NCBI GenBank assembly: GCA_051294375.1
Contig: CM119264.1
Span: forward strand, 12,650,263-12,714,262
Length of the DNA: 64,000 nucleotides
Source: Paraspadella gotoi
Lineage: Eukaryota > Animalia > Chaetognatha
Direction: 5' to 3'
Position 1 is the stretch's first letter. Each line of letters begins with the position of its first letter. The notes below the pieces were generated by a model. That model ran no database searches. It had not been told where the DNA came from and worked only from the letters and a program-made list of their open reading frames with translations. Both the position numbers and the translations under genes were made by a program. This document shows positions 12,445 to 36,821 of this stretch, one piece after another.

Positions 12445-12540
12445 CAGAAAGAAAGAATGAACGAATGAAAAAAAGAAAGAAAGAAAGAAAGAAATAAAAA
12501 GCGAAGAAACTAGACTGATAAATACAATATCTTATGCTGA
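12183..12540. repeat. (GAAA)n microsatellite with a duplicated ~50-bp spacer
   Basis: AAATAAAAAGCGAA.AAACTAGACTGATAAATACAATATCTTATGCTGA occurs twice between GAAA runs. Confidence 0.9.
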
Positions 12541-12710
12541 CGTCACCCTTAGCTTAAAATTTGATAACAGACAAAGGACAAAAAGTAAGTTATTACTACT
12601 ATACACATTAAATGATAACTGCAGTTCCATAGATGATTGATTGTTGCTCAAAAAAAAAATTTCAAACATCCAGATTTTGGGATCTGATTACCCCCTTCCT
12701 TTCTGATTAT

Positions 12711-13300
<590 letters not shown>

Positions 13301-14482
13301 TGAGACTGTTGCTTCAAAAGCTTTGTACGTGAGACGCGAACTATTTTATTCAATTGTCGCATTATGTCTTTTTTTATTTTTCTTCGATCGTTAAAAACCT
13401 TTTCTTGTCGTCGCTTTTTTTTTTTAGCAAAACAATTCATTTCTTAACAAAGTCGCTCTGATTAGAAAAAAAAAAAAGGATTTCTTAACTATATCAATCA
13501 TTATCATTATTTTTCCCCCCAAATCAAAATCTGTTATAACTGATTTTCCGGAATACAAAAGTACCGATATCTTTTCGTCCTATATTCTGTCCTACCTAGA
13601 TATGTTATCCTTGACATTCTTAAGAGTCTTCAGAATTAACTGAACATTTCAAACACAGAAACTTACTTTTCCTCTCTTTTCTTTAAAAAAAAATGAACTG
13701 GAATGTTTCCGCTCTTCTGGGGGTCGATACGAATTTGTAATCCTCATCACCAACGAAGACTACGACGATGACAATGACGACGACCACAAAGACGATGACC
13801 GTCGTTGAATTTTGTCAACGTAGGCGGTAGCGATGACGGGGACGACGACTCTTAACGACATCGCCGCATTTAAGTGGTTTGGTAAAAATGACGGGAAAAG
13901 ACTACCATTACAATCTTTAATACTATTGTTACAACTTATCTTTCTACGACATAATTTTACTCCGATTTGACGACGTGCTCGAGGGCGAGTCTATTCATTG
14001 ACTTAACGAAGAGAACGAACTACCGGACGTCGACGATAACAACAACAACAACAGCAAATAATAATAATCCGAACCCCCGCTATGGATTCGACGCAGGAAG
14101 AGGAAGAGAGGAAGACGAGCGTGAAGAAAAAGGTTAAAACGACGAAGAAGAAAATCATGACGATTGATGATAACAGAAACGCTTAGTATAACCATAAACC
14201 GAAAAGGACACCAACGTCGACAAATATTACGCCAAGTTATTATAAAGATCTCTTTTATTGATACTTTGCTAACTAGGTCCGGTCCAGAAAACAAAAATTT
14301 AATTTATAAATTTCTAGCTAATTTTTTTCCCATTTATAAATTCAATCTTAATAGACCTCGGAATAAATCTAAAGTTAAAACGAAGTGATATGAATATCGA
14401 CGGGTTCTTTAGTTTTCTCTTGTCCCAACTCTCGAACCCTCAAAGCCAAAATCAATAAAATTAATATGAGGCTGTGGAAGCG

Positions 14483-14559
<77 letters not shown>

Positions 14560-15470
14560 CTATCCATCTCTCATCGCCTTTTTCTCTCATGGCGCATCTC
14601 GCATCGTCGAAGCCAAAGTCAATAGATTCTAAAAAGAATTATTATTAATTCATAAGCCGTCATGGCCTGGCACTTCATCTCTCTCTCTCTCTCTCTCTTT
14701 CTCATGGACAGAAACCGGGAATCCTGTTTGCCTACGCGCGGAAAGTTTGCCGCCGCCGCCGACGCTTACGCCGTCGCAGACCCTCACGCTGCGGCCGCAA
14801 AACCCAGTAATATCACCCCCGCGGATTACGGGCCGTCCGCTGCCGCTGTCGCATCGACTGCTGCCGCTTTTATCCCCTTTCTCCGCCGCAGCTGCCTTTA
14901 AATTTTTTTCCCGAGAAGTTCTTTCGTTCCTCGACGGTGACTCAGATCTTACACACGATTTAAAAAAAAAAAGAATAAAAGAATAAAGCAAAAATAAAAA
15001 AAATTAAAAAAAACAAACGTCGGGGAAAATAAATCAAATCATTCACAAGTTCCTGTGTTTTTTAGCTTATCCTGGTTTCACACTTTTGCAGCAAAACGAT
15101 TTTTCACACGCCTCAAATTGAAAACAAAAATAAAAAAACGATAACAATCAAACAAGTGTGCAGTGGTTCACTAATCACTAAACCGCCAAGTGAGAAGAAT
15201 GCTAAGAAAAGAGTTTCAACGAATCTAACAATGAAAAAACAAGAAAATCGCCTCGTTTATGTTTACAAACAATATGATAAACAACGCCGCCTGATGATAA
15301 ACAAGCCTGAAAAAACAAATCTGTAAAGCTTCGCTTTTTTTTTTACAGAGTATAAACCATGAATGTCGAATAGAAAGAGAACTGCAAAGAGAATGAACTA
15401 AAAATATTGAATGACCGTTAATAAAAATATATTTAAAAAAAAATTAGTTTAACATTAAAGAAACGGAAGG

Positions 15471-25372
<9,902 letters not shown>

Positions 25373-28300
25373 CATCTACTCTCGTTTCGCGTCGATGAAA
25401 AGATAGCAGCGAAAGTTTTTTTGTGTTTTAACATACATTCATACATACATACGTAAGTATGAATAATATCTCCAGAAACTGTCATCGAAAACTTCAAAAC
25501 TTAAATATTGAACTGACTCCGACGTCAATATAAAATAATTAAAAGTACAACTAGAAACCCAAAAATTGATGAAAACTGCGTATTTTTCAAGATCTTTTTT
25601 TTCGTTTTTTCTCATCTCTTTTAAACCTCGAAACTTAACCGTGCCTTCTTTCGTAATTTCTTGTATTTTTGTCCTTCTCAAACCTATTATGTATTTCAAT
25701 CTCTGTAATGTACGTTGTATTTCAATATCTAATACGTGCCTCCAACAAAAAGTGCCTTAAATAACGAATAAAAATAACCCTTCGCAATCGGGTGGTAATA
25801 AACTTGTTTTATTTTTCTAAATACGAAAAGCATTACTGCACTTTTTCGAGATTTGTAGAAAAAATCGAGTCATAATGTGTTGCTCTTAACTTAATATTTC
25901 ATAATATGTCTTTTTATCAGAAAATGGGAATAGAAAACTTTTTTCAAACACTGTGCCAATTAGATAACATTTAAAAAAAAATAACTATTGATTATTTTCT
26001 ATTTTATGAAAAACTTATTTTAAACCGAAAAAAATTCGACTTCTTTGTACACGGAAATCTACAAAGTGTACCGACTTTTCATTTTTATTGTTCTTTGATA
26101 TTTAAATTGAAATAAAATGTGGTTTATGACCAGATTATGAAATTTTTTTAGTCTTGTTAAGATATCTAGGCTCAGAAAATCGATTGAACTGATTACAGAT
26201 TAGTGATTACGAAATTCTTTTTAACGGGCCCCAACGTAGTGAATTAAAAGAAATAAAATATTTTAAAAAACTTGTAACTCAAAAGGCAAAGCTTACGTAA
26301 ATATGAGATTATTCTTTTTTCAAATAAGAGCCGGCCAGATGATCACGTTACGACATGCTCAAATGTAGTATTAAGAGAAACAGCCAAGTGTAATACGAAA
26401 TAATACTTATGACCGAATGTTTACGTTGTCAATGACTAGTTTACACAAGAATGAAACGTACGCACGTTGCACATTGCACAAGCGTTTTATGTTAGCTTAG
26501 CGGGACAAACAAACGGACCCACCGCAATTAGTAATGAGCTAAGGGAAGGAAGAAGATACAAAAAGGAATAAGTTATTTAATTCAGAACAGATATTGACTA
26601 AGAGAAGAGGCTCCATTACTAAATACCGATTTTGGAAATAATGAATCTTTTAACTCGTCAGCTTGTCCCAAAACCCGGCCTGAGATTACTCACCCGTCAA
26701 AACTTCATGAACTACCCCAAAATTCTTCTCCCTTCTTCGTTCTCGTCCTTCTTCATCGTCATCGTCTTTGAAATTCATCTGTTGGTCGTCGTTGTCGTTG
26801 TAGTCGTCGTAAAACAATCCCAAAAACAATAAAAAGACTTATGCGTCAGTTTTCGACAACAATTCATCTCTCTTTATTGTGAATGAGAAATTTACATTAA
26901 ACAATTTTATCGAAAGAGTAATAATAGATACATCGTTTTAGGTTTTTTTTTTGTTTTGTTTTTTTTTAACTAGGTGTTTCTATTCATTTTGAAAAAGATA
27001 TTATTCGCAAGGTTATATCATTCAGATACTAATCAAGCCAGATAATATATAGTATTAGTTAGACCATGATCCTAAGCTTCTGTGTACCTCTTGTTATTTC
27101 AGCAGCATTTAATTTATATATTATAAATTATTAAATGTAAACTATAAAGAATATGATTTAGCCCCATATTTATATATACTATACATGTTTAAGCAAGTTT
27201 AATTCTAATTCTATATACTTTATATCCCTACGCCAAAGACTTTCGTTAATCGAAACAATGACATCATCATTATCATCATCATCGTCGTCGTCGTTCACAT
27301 GAAAGATCAAACTTTTCAATGAATCAATCCGTTGTTTTACAACCTGTCTTTCTCCTCATTCATCGTCGTCGTCGTAAAGAGTAATCATTTATTTTGCGAA
27401 AAAAGGTGCAAAATTCATTTTTAAACAAAAATTAGATTTCACGAAAAACTGACAGAGAAGAACAATGTGAGGATTTCATTCAAGTCATGTGCTTGTACAA
27501 TTGTAATATGTCAATGAGGCATTGTCTCGCATCTTTAAATCTCTTGGGTGGGGCGAAGACATTTGATTCATTTTACAGATTAATTTTACTTTATATTATT
27601 GATAACTAAGGACGGATACCAATTTATATTTCAGTTCATCACCGAGTTGAAGGTGATGGGGATCCCAAACATTTGGAGGAAAATTGGCCAAATGATAAAA
27701 CTGACCCTTTTTAAAATGTTTTAAGAGGAATGAGTTATTATACGACCATTCTCTTCCGAGCAATACCGGCTTTTTTCCTCTTACTTTTTATCGCCTTTTT
27801 ACAAAAAACCTCCACCCGCGGTAACTGCACATACATCTTATACCACCTTGCCTTGGTCTACCCCCGGCATTACTTTCTTTTTGCCCCGTTATATTTATTC
27901 GTCATGCTTTTCTTATTTTTTTTTCTATTTTGTGAGGTTAATAATTAGCGTTAACTTTCTCGTTATTTTTAGTCATCTAGTTCCTATCTCCCATATTTTA
28001 ACTGTTATTAATTTATAAATTCTTTGTCAAAAAATTAGTTGGTATGTTAACTTGTGTTTTACTCTGCTACACTCCCTCCCTCTTTTCTCTCTATCATCAC
28101 ACTCGCGGTTTTCATCCCCTTTTTTTTATCCTCCTCCTCTTCATCGTCAACCTCCTCCTCCCTCCGGCCCGCACTTGACGAGATCTTCTTGTCACAGTCA
28201 CGTTTCGATCACCACCGTCGACGTCCGCTTCGATTCTAAAGGTGTGATTTTTTTTTTCCTCGTTCAAAAAATTTCAAAAGAAAATATATATATATTCATT

Positions 28301-28632
28301 GGGTTACCGTTAAGGAAAAGAGCAAATGTGTTTTAAATTTGCAATTATTCATTATTTTGACTAACGATACATCATTCAGAAACCCCATTAAAGCTGCCTA
28401 GTGTTTGTCGTTTTATACCGGTAAAGAAAATGAAATAATAAATATGAAAAAAAATAAGTTCTAGATATTTTAGTCGTAAAATGGCTTGTGCCATGCTGCA
28501 TCTGACAATCCCTTACTTTTTTTTTGTAAAAAAAAAATGTATTTCTTACCGTAATTTTCAGTTTCCACCGCCAGGCGCCGGAATTCAACCGCGTCTCATT
28601 TCCCATCCGTTCGACGTAGCCGGCCGTTCACC

Positions 28633-30169
28633 ATGTCGTCCAAAGCGAAAGAAACCGCCTCAAACACCATGGAGGCTATACGCAAGAAGATGCTGAGCTT
28701 GAAAAATGCCAAAGAGGCCTCGGCCGACATGGAAAAGGCTTTGCAAAATCGCGTCAAAGAATTAAACAACATATTAAAATCCAGAGACGACGAGATCTTG
28801 CAACTGGGAAAAAAAATGATGCAGGTTTTCCAGTTGAAGAAGGCTTTTCTGAGATATCCCTTCGCTTCCGCAATTCCCCTCTAGGCAATAACAATCAAGG
28901 ATCTTCATTCTCAAACTCTACCCGTAGGTGGAAAACAAACTCGACGACGCGGTGGAAGGCAACGCCCGCGCTGTTTTGGCGTTGGAAGAAGCAGAGAAAC
29001 AGCAGTTGATCAATGAGGAGGAGGTGTCGGCTTTACAGAGGCGATGCTCCCTCCTCGATACCGATCTCGTTACCAACGAGAATAGGCTAACCGGTGAGTA
29101 ACTTAATTTAATTAAAGCTCTAGATACTTTCGTATAATACGTAATTTTCACCAATGGAAAATCCTTTTCAGTCTCAGTTTATGAAATAATACAAAACGTT
29201 TATATATTCTTATTATTTCTAGTTACCTCAACGCGACAATTTTGTCTCCAATAAATTTTTCGTCCTTTCCGCTCATAATGATTATCTCCCCCCTTCCCCC
29301 AACTAGTTGAGACAACCAAATTGGCCGAAGCAGCTGCCGCAGCAGAAGCGGTGGAAATTCAGCGGAAAACGCTGGAGGCCAAGTCGTTCGTCAACGACGA
29401 AAGAATAGACAATCTGGACGAGAGAATTCAAACAGCACAAGGAATCGCCCTAGTGTCCACCAGGAACGCCGAGGAGGCCTCCAGGTGAAGATAAAAAATA
29501 AATTATAAAATGTCGATATTTGAACGCGACCGGGAAGATTTTGCAAGTTATTTTCCGGAGTCATTTCTAGACGATAAATCAAAAACTTATAAACGAATGT
29601 CGTTGAATGCATTAAGAGGATACGACAAGTTATTAATTTTCCTCTCTAGAAAACTATCCATGACTCAAGTAGAGTTGGATCGGACAAACGACAAAGCCAA
29701 AGAATGCGAAGCAAGGATTCAAGAGCTGGAGGAACAACTTAACGTCGTCGGTCAAAATATGAAAACTTTGGAGTTGTCAGAAACAAACGCTTTAAAGCGG
29801 CACGAGGAATACGAAGAAAAGATCAGGTGAATTAGGAATCTTCTGAAATTTCAATATCTAAATTTAAGAACGTCAAAAAGTCAATTTTAGCTCATCATAA
29901 TCTAGTAGTCGGAACTGAGCATAATCAATAAAAACAGATCAAATAAGACTTATTTCACTAGATCAAAAGCCATATCATTTAAATTTTACAGAGACCTCAC
30001 CCTCAATCTCAAGTTCACTGAAATTCAAGCAGCAGCAGCTGAACGCGAAGCATCCAAACTTCAGAAAGAACTAGACGCCCTTGTTACGGAGTTGAACGAC
30101 TGGAAGGAGAAATATCAAGAGATTTGTACAGAATTGGAACAGACCTTCAATGAAATGGCCGGATACTAA
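28633..30169 (+). CDS. Tropomyosin (divergent), 5 coding exons, 296 aa
   Basis: Exons 28633-28824, 28928-29093, 29307-29484, 29650-29826, 29992-30169. MEAIRKKM, EVSALQRR, ELEEQLNVVGQNMKTLE, ELEQTFNEMAGY*. Exactly 284 aa from the second Met. Confidence 0.92.
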
Positions 30170-32858
30170 AGGACAGAGCAACGAGTGGTGGGATGAGAGG
30201 ATGAGACGAGCATTGAACATTGAGACACAATTGAACATAGTGGGGAGGTAAAGGTGGCGTTCGAGAAGAGGAGGGAGCGAGGTGACCTGATTTTGAAAAC
30301 TGACTCGCGCTCTAAATCGACATCGAATACATTTCTGATGCTGTTCTGATAATATTGGTAATTAGATTTTATATCTGATTCTACAATACAATTTTAACAA
30401 AGCTTTAAGTTTAACGTCAACCGTTTATGTAGCTACGATTTTCATTTCCAAAATTTTTAAAAAGAGCCACTCGAGTAAAACGATGCGAGGTGATAGCTAT
30501 TGCTGACGATATAATGTTTTTCTACTCGAAAAATTGTAGCAAGCTATCTAGGCAAACCGGATTAAAAGAAAAAACACTGAAAATATGAACAATGATGTAA
30601 TAATGATTGATGAATTAGAACCATGGGCGTAATAAAAATTTCAGGAAAATGAGTTTTCTGGCAATTTTGTTGCGAAAACATAAAATTATTTCGATCATAG
30701 GTGTTCTACATTAAGCCAAATGATTCCGATTCCGGCCGGATGGAAACGGAAACTCCGTACACATAAAAAACAGTAACAATTCAACTAATAATTTATCACA
30801 TTTCCCCATTTATCTAACTCCCAGACGGAATTTTATTATCTCAATTTCTAATCAAATCGACATAATCACCTCCAATATACCAAAGTTTACCAAATCTACA
30901 TACGTAAATAGTTAATCAACTATTCAGAATTAATTCTGTCGGAATAAACCTATTTAACCAAAATCGTCGATTAAAATAATATTTTTTTTTTTGTGGGTAT
31001 TGTGGACCGGCTGGGTGAGGAGGTAAATTGAACAAAATCAATTGACCTATATAAATAAATTGATGGAGCCGTCGTGAGTCTGGAAGAAAACGGAGAACTA
31101 AAAAATGAAAATGGAAGAAAAACCAAAGGAAGTAAAACCAATGAGGGCGACAACCTTAACTAATCATAAATATAAAAGAGATGGTAACTAATATAATACC
31201 AAACAAAACACCGATGAAAAGCGAATTATCATTATAAATAAAAAAATATATATATTTGGTTTAAACTTAAATGAAATCAATCCCTGTCTGTGCATTCCTT
31301 AACATGACTGTTAAAATATTAAAAAGCCGTGAAGCCTGATATGCCTGACCCGATTAATGATAACTGCAAGAACTGGCTAACTGACCCCCAGAAAACCTTT
31401 CGCGTGACTCCAGAAATTAGTGTCGTCTCTTCCTCAGCTCCCTTCAACAATAAAACTGTTTCAGACTTGTTAATGCCCCCTTTTTGGACAAATGAAAAAT
31501 CGCTCAACAACCGAGGGGCTTCCCGCAATTAATTTTTTACTTTTAGGCAATCTTAGACAAATGGCGCATAGAAGTCAATCAATGCACCACTTTTCGGCAG
31601 TTTAAATTTTAGTCTCAGCGACATTAAAATGCTTTATTATAAGATAACGAATTAAACGAAATGGATTGTAGTATAAATGACGTCCCAGAAGTACAATGGA
31701 ATGCTTAAACTATCTAAAATTAAATTTACCTCAATAAATCCTTAATGAGACACCCAAGTCAAAAATGAGTGAGCGAGTTCGTTCAATATGACAAACTGGT
31801 AAATCCTAAAAGCTAGGCAGAAAAAGAGAAAGAATCTGTGAAAGTGGAGTTTGCGAGTACAGAAAAGAGAATTTACGGAAGACGGTTAAATAAAAAAAAG
31901 GGAGCGCTGCTTTGTATTTTCTATAACGTATGGGTGATCCTAACACCAGCTAAAAAAATCATTGAGGAGGGCAATTATAAAACTTTTACAAGTCGCCATG
32001 TTTATATACGTATGCGTAGAATTTTGCAAAAGTATTAAATTTGAATATAAAAAAAAGATATCCTTATTATCGGTTTAATTTTATATAAAATATTTGGGAT
32101 ATTTAAGTAATATTAAGCCGCATTAATCTTTAGATTGTGTCCTGGTGCCTTTGGCTCGAAATTTTCAATACCCAGTTATATTATTAAAAATCATTAAGAT
32201 ATTATCCTTAAAATACATTAAATTGTTATGATAAAAAATGGCGCAATTCTAAAAAAGCCGTTTTTTTATGATTAAAGAATTTTTGTAAATTTTTCATATG
32301 AATTTATACTATTTCTAAATATTTCTAAAAAACCTTGATTTAAACCCAGGATTGTAAAAAAAAAAAATCTTACGCATGTAACATCTCATTGATATTTGCT
32401 GTTTTCCTATAGAAAAATGTTGTCAGCTTATGGTGAATTTCTTTTTTTTCGTTGTTAATTTAAATATTTATATATTGTTAAATTGTAAACTATACAATGT
32501 TGGTGTTAATCTGTAATGCTAATTGTTTTCAACGAATAAAACATATATATTAAGCTGTTACACGCGTAAGACTTAGATGCGACAATATACATTTGCAAAT
32601 AAAAAATATGGTGACAAGACAAAATAAGTCATTACCTTCTCCTTTTCACTAGTGAATTTCTTGCTGCACAATGCGCATGCGATGCCTCTAAGTCTAACTG
32701 AAACAACGAAAACAACAACGCAAAAATAAAACGATTGGTAAACAGATATCACGCATTTAGGTTTTCATTTTTTTTTGTTCATTTTTTCCGTTGAGCTAAT
32801 TTCCGCGAGTATTTAGTTCTTGATTTTCGGTTGTTTTTGGTTTTAATTTTTTTAAATT

Positions 32859-35800
32859 TTAATCAAACTCTTTGTGTTTTGCTGCCCAAGACCGTGGCCA
32901 AGGAAGCGGCCATCCGTATTGTCTCGGCACGTGACCCTTAACGTTACATTCGAAATAGTCGAAAAGACGAAACCACAAGACCCGGTTGATTTGGAAAGCC
33001 GGGTCGCCGCGGTTGGGAAGGGAGCGCTTGACGGAGAGGGAAGGGTTGGATGCGACGAGGGTGTGGTAGATCCAGAACAAACTGCGGAGGGGCGAAGAAT
33101 ATATTTTAACGCCACAAATACAAAAAAGTTTATCATCACCTCCATATTTTCTGCATACATAAACCAGTCTCGTTCTGTCAATCCGTTTGTTCTTCGTCAA
33201 ACTTTTAACTTTTCGTCTGAGGGCTATTAGTTTTCCAAATATGCATTTTGATTTGCAATCAATGTCTTTTTACGTTTTTTAGAATAATTTAAAAAAAAAA
33301 AGATTCAAAATACACTAAAGCTATAAAGGATCTTTTCTGAACTGATGAAGTCACTTACCGAGTGCATACGTAGTAAGCGAGCACGCAATCGAGAGTGTAA
33401 TGGTCGTGACCCAAAAGAATAAGCACGACGCCGACGAAACTTGTTACGGCGCAAGCCCAATGTAGGGGCCATAACCGTCGGGGCGAGTACTCTTGTATAA
33501 AGAGGTATGTCGTTACTAGCACACACGTATGTCCTGAAGGGAATAGGGATTAAAGCTGGAAAAAAAATGGCGGAATAAAGCATATATATATGTAAATAGC
33601 CAAATTTTACTGAAAAAGAATAATTAACGCGGAACACCCCCCCTTCTTATAAATTTTCATTTGGCAGATACCGGAAAAGACCCAGTCTCCACACGTATGA
33701 AGCTCGCCGGCAGTGGACATTCCGGCCGACATCATTATGCGCAAAGATCTCTGGATGATCTCGGGTAGTGTTCCTAAAAAAAGTAAAAAATAAAAAATTA
33801 GAGAAATGCTGGCGACTTCCACTATTCCTGCCTTTACCCTTTGTTTTAGGGGCGCATTCATAGGAATCGTAAGCTCGAGGCAGATTAGTGATGATCATCG
33901 TGACGCAACGATATAGATAGAGAAGACCCATGACAAAGAACTAAAACAGAAAATTAAGGACGAAAATGCATCAAATTTCAAGAAAACATTTGAAAATTCA
34001 TGAACAGTATAACATAATTTTTAAAAAAAGAAAAAACTGCTCTCATTATTTCAATTTTTTTCTACAAGAGCCTTTGCTCACCTGCCGACGGAGTAAGATC
34101 CATTTATGCCGGTGCAGCAAAACGGTGGTGTACCAAATGACTGTCAACGCCATGGCACAATATTCCGAGGCGGGAAACGCCCACTCTTGGACCTTGAAAT
34201 TCTCCAGGACCAAGTCAGGGAGGGGATGATTGGTTTTGTAGTCGGGGTATCGATCGTGAGCTAAAAGGGGTGAGCATTTAAAGGGTTGAATTTCTCTGAG
34301 TTAGGATTGAATTTAAATTTAAACCTAACCTAACGTTATGAAGAAACAGGTGATGGTGAGGCAGGCGGCGAACCAGATAAAGGCGATGAGAGTTTTTTTC
34401 TTTTCCGAAGGAAAGTTTTCTCGATCCTTTCGTCGAGCGAGGCGGCCGAATTCCGACCCACCTCCCTCGCCGCTGATGTAAATTTGAGTATGTTCGTTAC
34501 AGTTGTCGCCTGGGAAAGCGATTACAGCCATATTGAAAAAAAAAATTGGAGAATGTATCCGAGTTATCGACGTTGAGGTTCTTTCAGTTCCCTCATAGCA
34601 AAAAGAACTCAGAAAATACAGTCAATATTGGGAACATTGCTGAAATTTAATCCTCTTTAACTGGGTCTTAACAACTTAGGCAAATGAGAAAAATGAAAAT
34701 AGGATAAAATGAATGAATTTTTAAAAGGTCTGCGTTAGGTTTTTTATTATATCGGGTTTTTTTTGTGATCTAGATTTTAAGAAAACAGTTTAATTGGTCT
34801 GGTAAACGAGAAAGGTGTAGTTAACTGACCTGTATCATCATCTTCATCGTCGTCAATGTCTGGATTAACGGAAATCGATAGGTGCCCGTTTCTGCGCTCC
34901 GGCGATTCGTTCAACTGCTTTATCTGTGTCGTATAGCGTTCTGGAAGAGAACAAATAAGGGTTAAAGACCTATTTAAAAATTTTTGATATTTTGCAAACA
35001 TCTGCTTGGCGTTGGGAATTATTCACACATTTATCAGAAGAACAAGACAAAGTTTAATGAATAGCCCCATTCACCTTTGTCTTCTTCTGACTCTTCTACT
35101 CTCTGATATGTGTCGCCGTTAAGAGTTTTAGTATTCTGGCCGGGCATAGACATGGCGATAGCTCCGTAAACGGTCGAAAGTCCGGGAGGTGTTATTGGCA
35201 AACTGAAAAGAAAAAAAAAGGCTTTTTATCCACTAATTCGGAGTATAGTTCAGAATGGCAGAAAGACCATAAAAGAAGCAAGTCTCTGTGGCGCAACACC
35301 TTGAACTTGCCGGTTCTTCCGATAAGGTTTTAGTGTCGAAATTAATAGGGTTCATATGAAAATTTTCACCTAATGGGCGGAGTACTAGGATTACTGCTGA
35401 GAGGCGGCGAGTATAGCGGGTAGCAATAAGGCGCGGAGATCGCGGACTTGGTCGGAGAAGCTATTCGGGCTGGGATATAAATTTTACTGATAAACAATGA
35501 GGCTCACTCATTGAGTCGTCAGTGCCAGTGGTTCCCTTTTGACTTCATTCGAACCTTCATGTTTTGAAAGATCGGGCGATTCAGCGGTAGATGAGGCTCC
35601 GACAACGATGACTTCGGCGTCGACGGGCAAGGAGACGGTGTCACTAAGAGGTTCGTTTACGTTTTTGCTTTAAGGGGAACCAATGATAAAAATGATATCA
35701 TAAGCTTATGAGTATATCCAAGGAATTTGAATGGTGATTGTCATTAATTTTTTTTTATGCAGGAAAGTGATAAAAAAATTATAAGCTATCTGAATCTGGT

Positions 35801-36821
35801 CTTAAAATGTAAAATTTATAAAAAAATTCTTAGCCTTTTATATTTATAAATAATATTAAAAAATAATTATTAGGATACAGAGCCATATAAAATTTTTTTT
35901 ATCCATTGAAAGATATATTAAAAATGTAGAAATTTTTGTTTGAGCTTGTACTCACTCTAAATTTTTGACTCACCCCATTGAGTGCGGTTACCCCTAATTA
36001 TAGAAAAAAGAATCATATGGTCAAAACCAGCTTAAGTTAAAGGGTCAAACGTTATGCATTTTGCTTTTTACCCCCATGGTCACTTGGTCCCCTTAAATAA
36101 AGAGAAAAATAGAGAAAATAAAATGTTTTCATGATTTATGTTTACAATCTCTGCTGACCTGGAATCGTTATCTTGATCGTAGGTTGAACCGATCCCCTTC
36201 TTTTCGTCGCTGTCGAAAAGATGTCCCGGTCGGGCTCCGCCTTTCCGTTTTATTTTTGGAGTGCTGTGCCTAAAGTCTACAGCTTGATTGAGTAGGTTAC
36301 TTTCGTTGTTTTGGCGGCCAGCCGAGCCCCTCCTTGGACAGGGGGTTCCGCTGCTCCTATCTTCGCTATCCGAGACTCGCCCCGAACGGGCTGCCCCGAG
36401 CTTCGTCCAGTTTTCGACGTCGCCGGCCGATTTTTCCGATTTCGCTGGAAGATTCGTTTCATTCAAGACTGAAGGATGATTCGCATCGAGTCGTTGTCCC
36501 TCGGACATAACCGTCCGGAATGGGAGGGGGAGATCGAGCTAAAAGTATCGATGGTCGAATGTTTAGAGCGGAGACTCGTCGAGAAGAGGTTTCACGGTGC
36601 AACTAAGAATGGCAATTGCCACGCGGATTTACTGGACAGTAGCAATACAAACATGATTAAACAAGATTAGCGGCAAAAAATTAATTTTATCAAATAGTGA
36701 CAAAGCAGTTACTCTCTCACCGTACAAGCTCACCGTCTGTTTTAAACAAAAGAAACTTTAAAAAGATAAAAAAATATATATATTATAAATAACTAAACTA
36801 AAAAAAGGATACCGCCGACAT
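32859..36821 (-). CDS. Sphingomyelin synthase family protein, multi-exon; 5' exons uncertain
   Basis: AHDRYPD..PLPD, YLYRCVTMIITNLP, CGDWVFSG|HT, GHDHYTLD, R|LFWIYH, YFECNV, WPLPWP. Stop at 32859. The low-complexity N-terminal exons at 34.8-36.8 kb are tentative. Confidence 0.88.
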
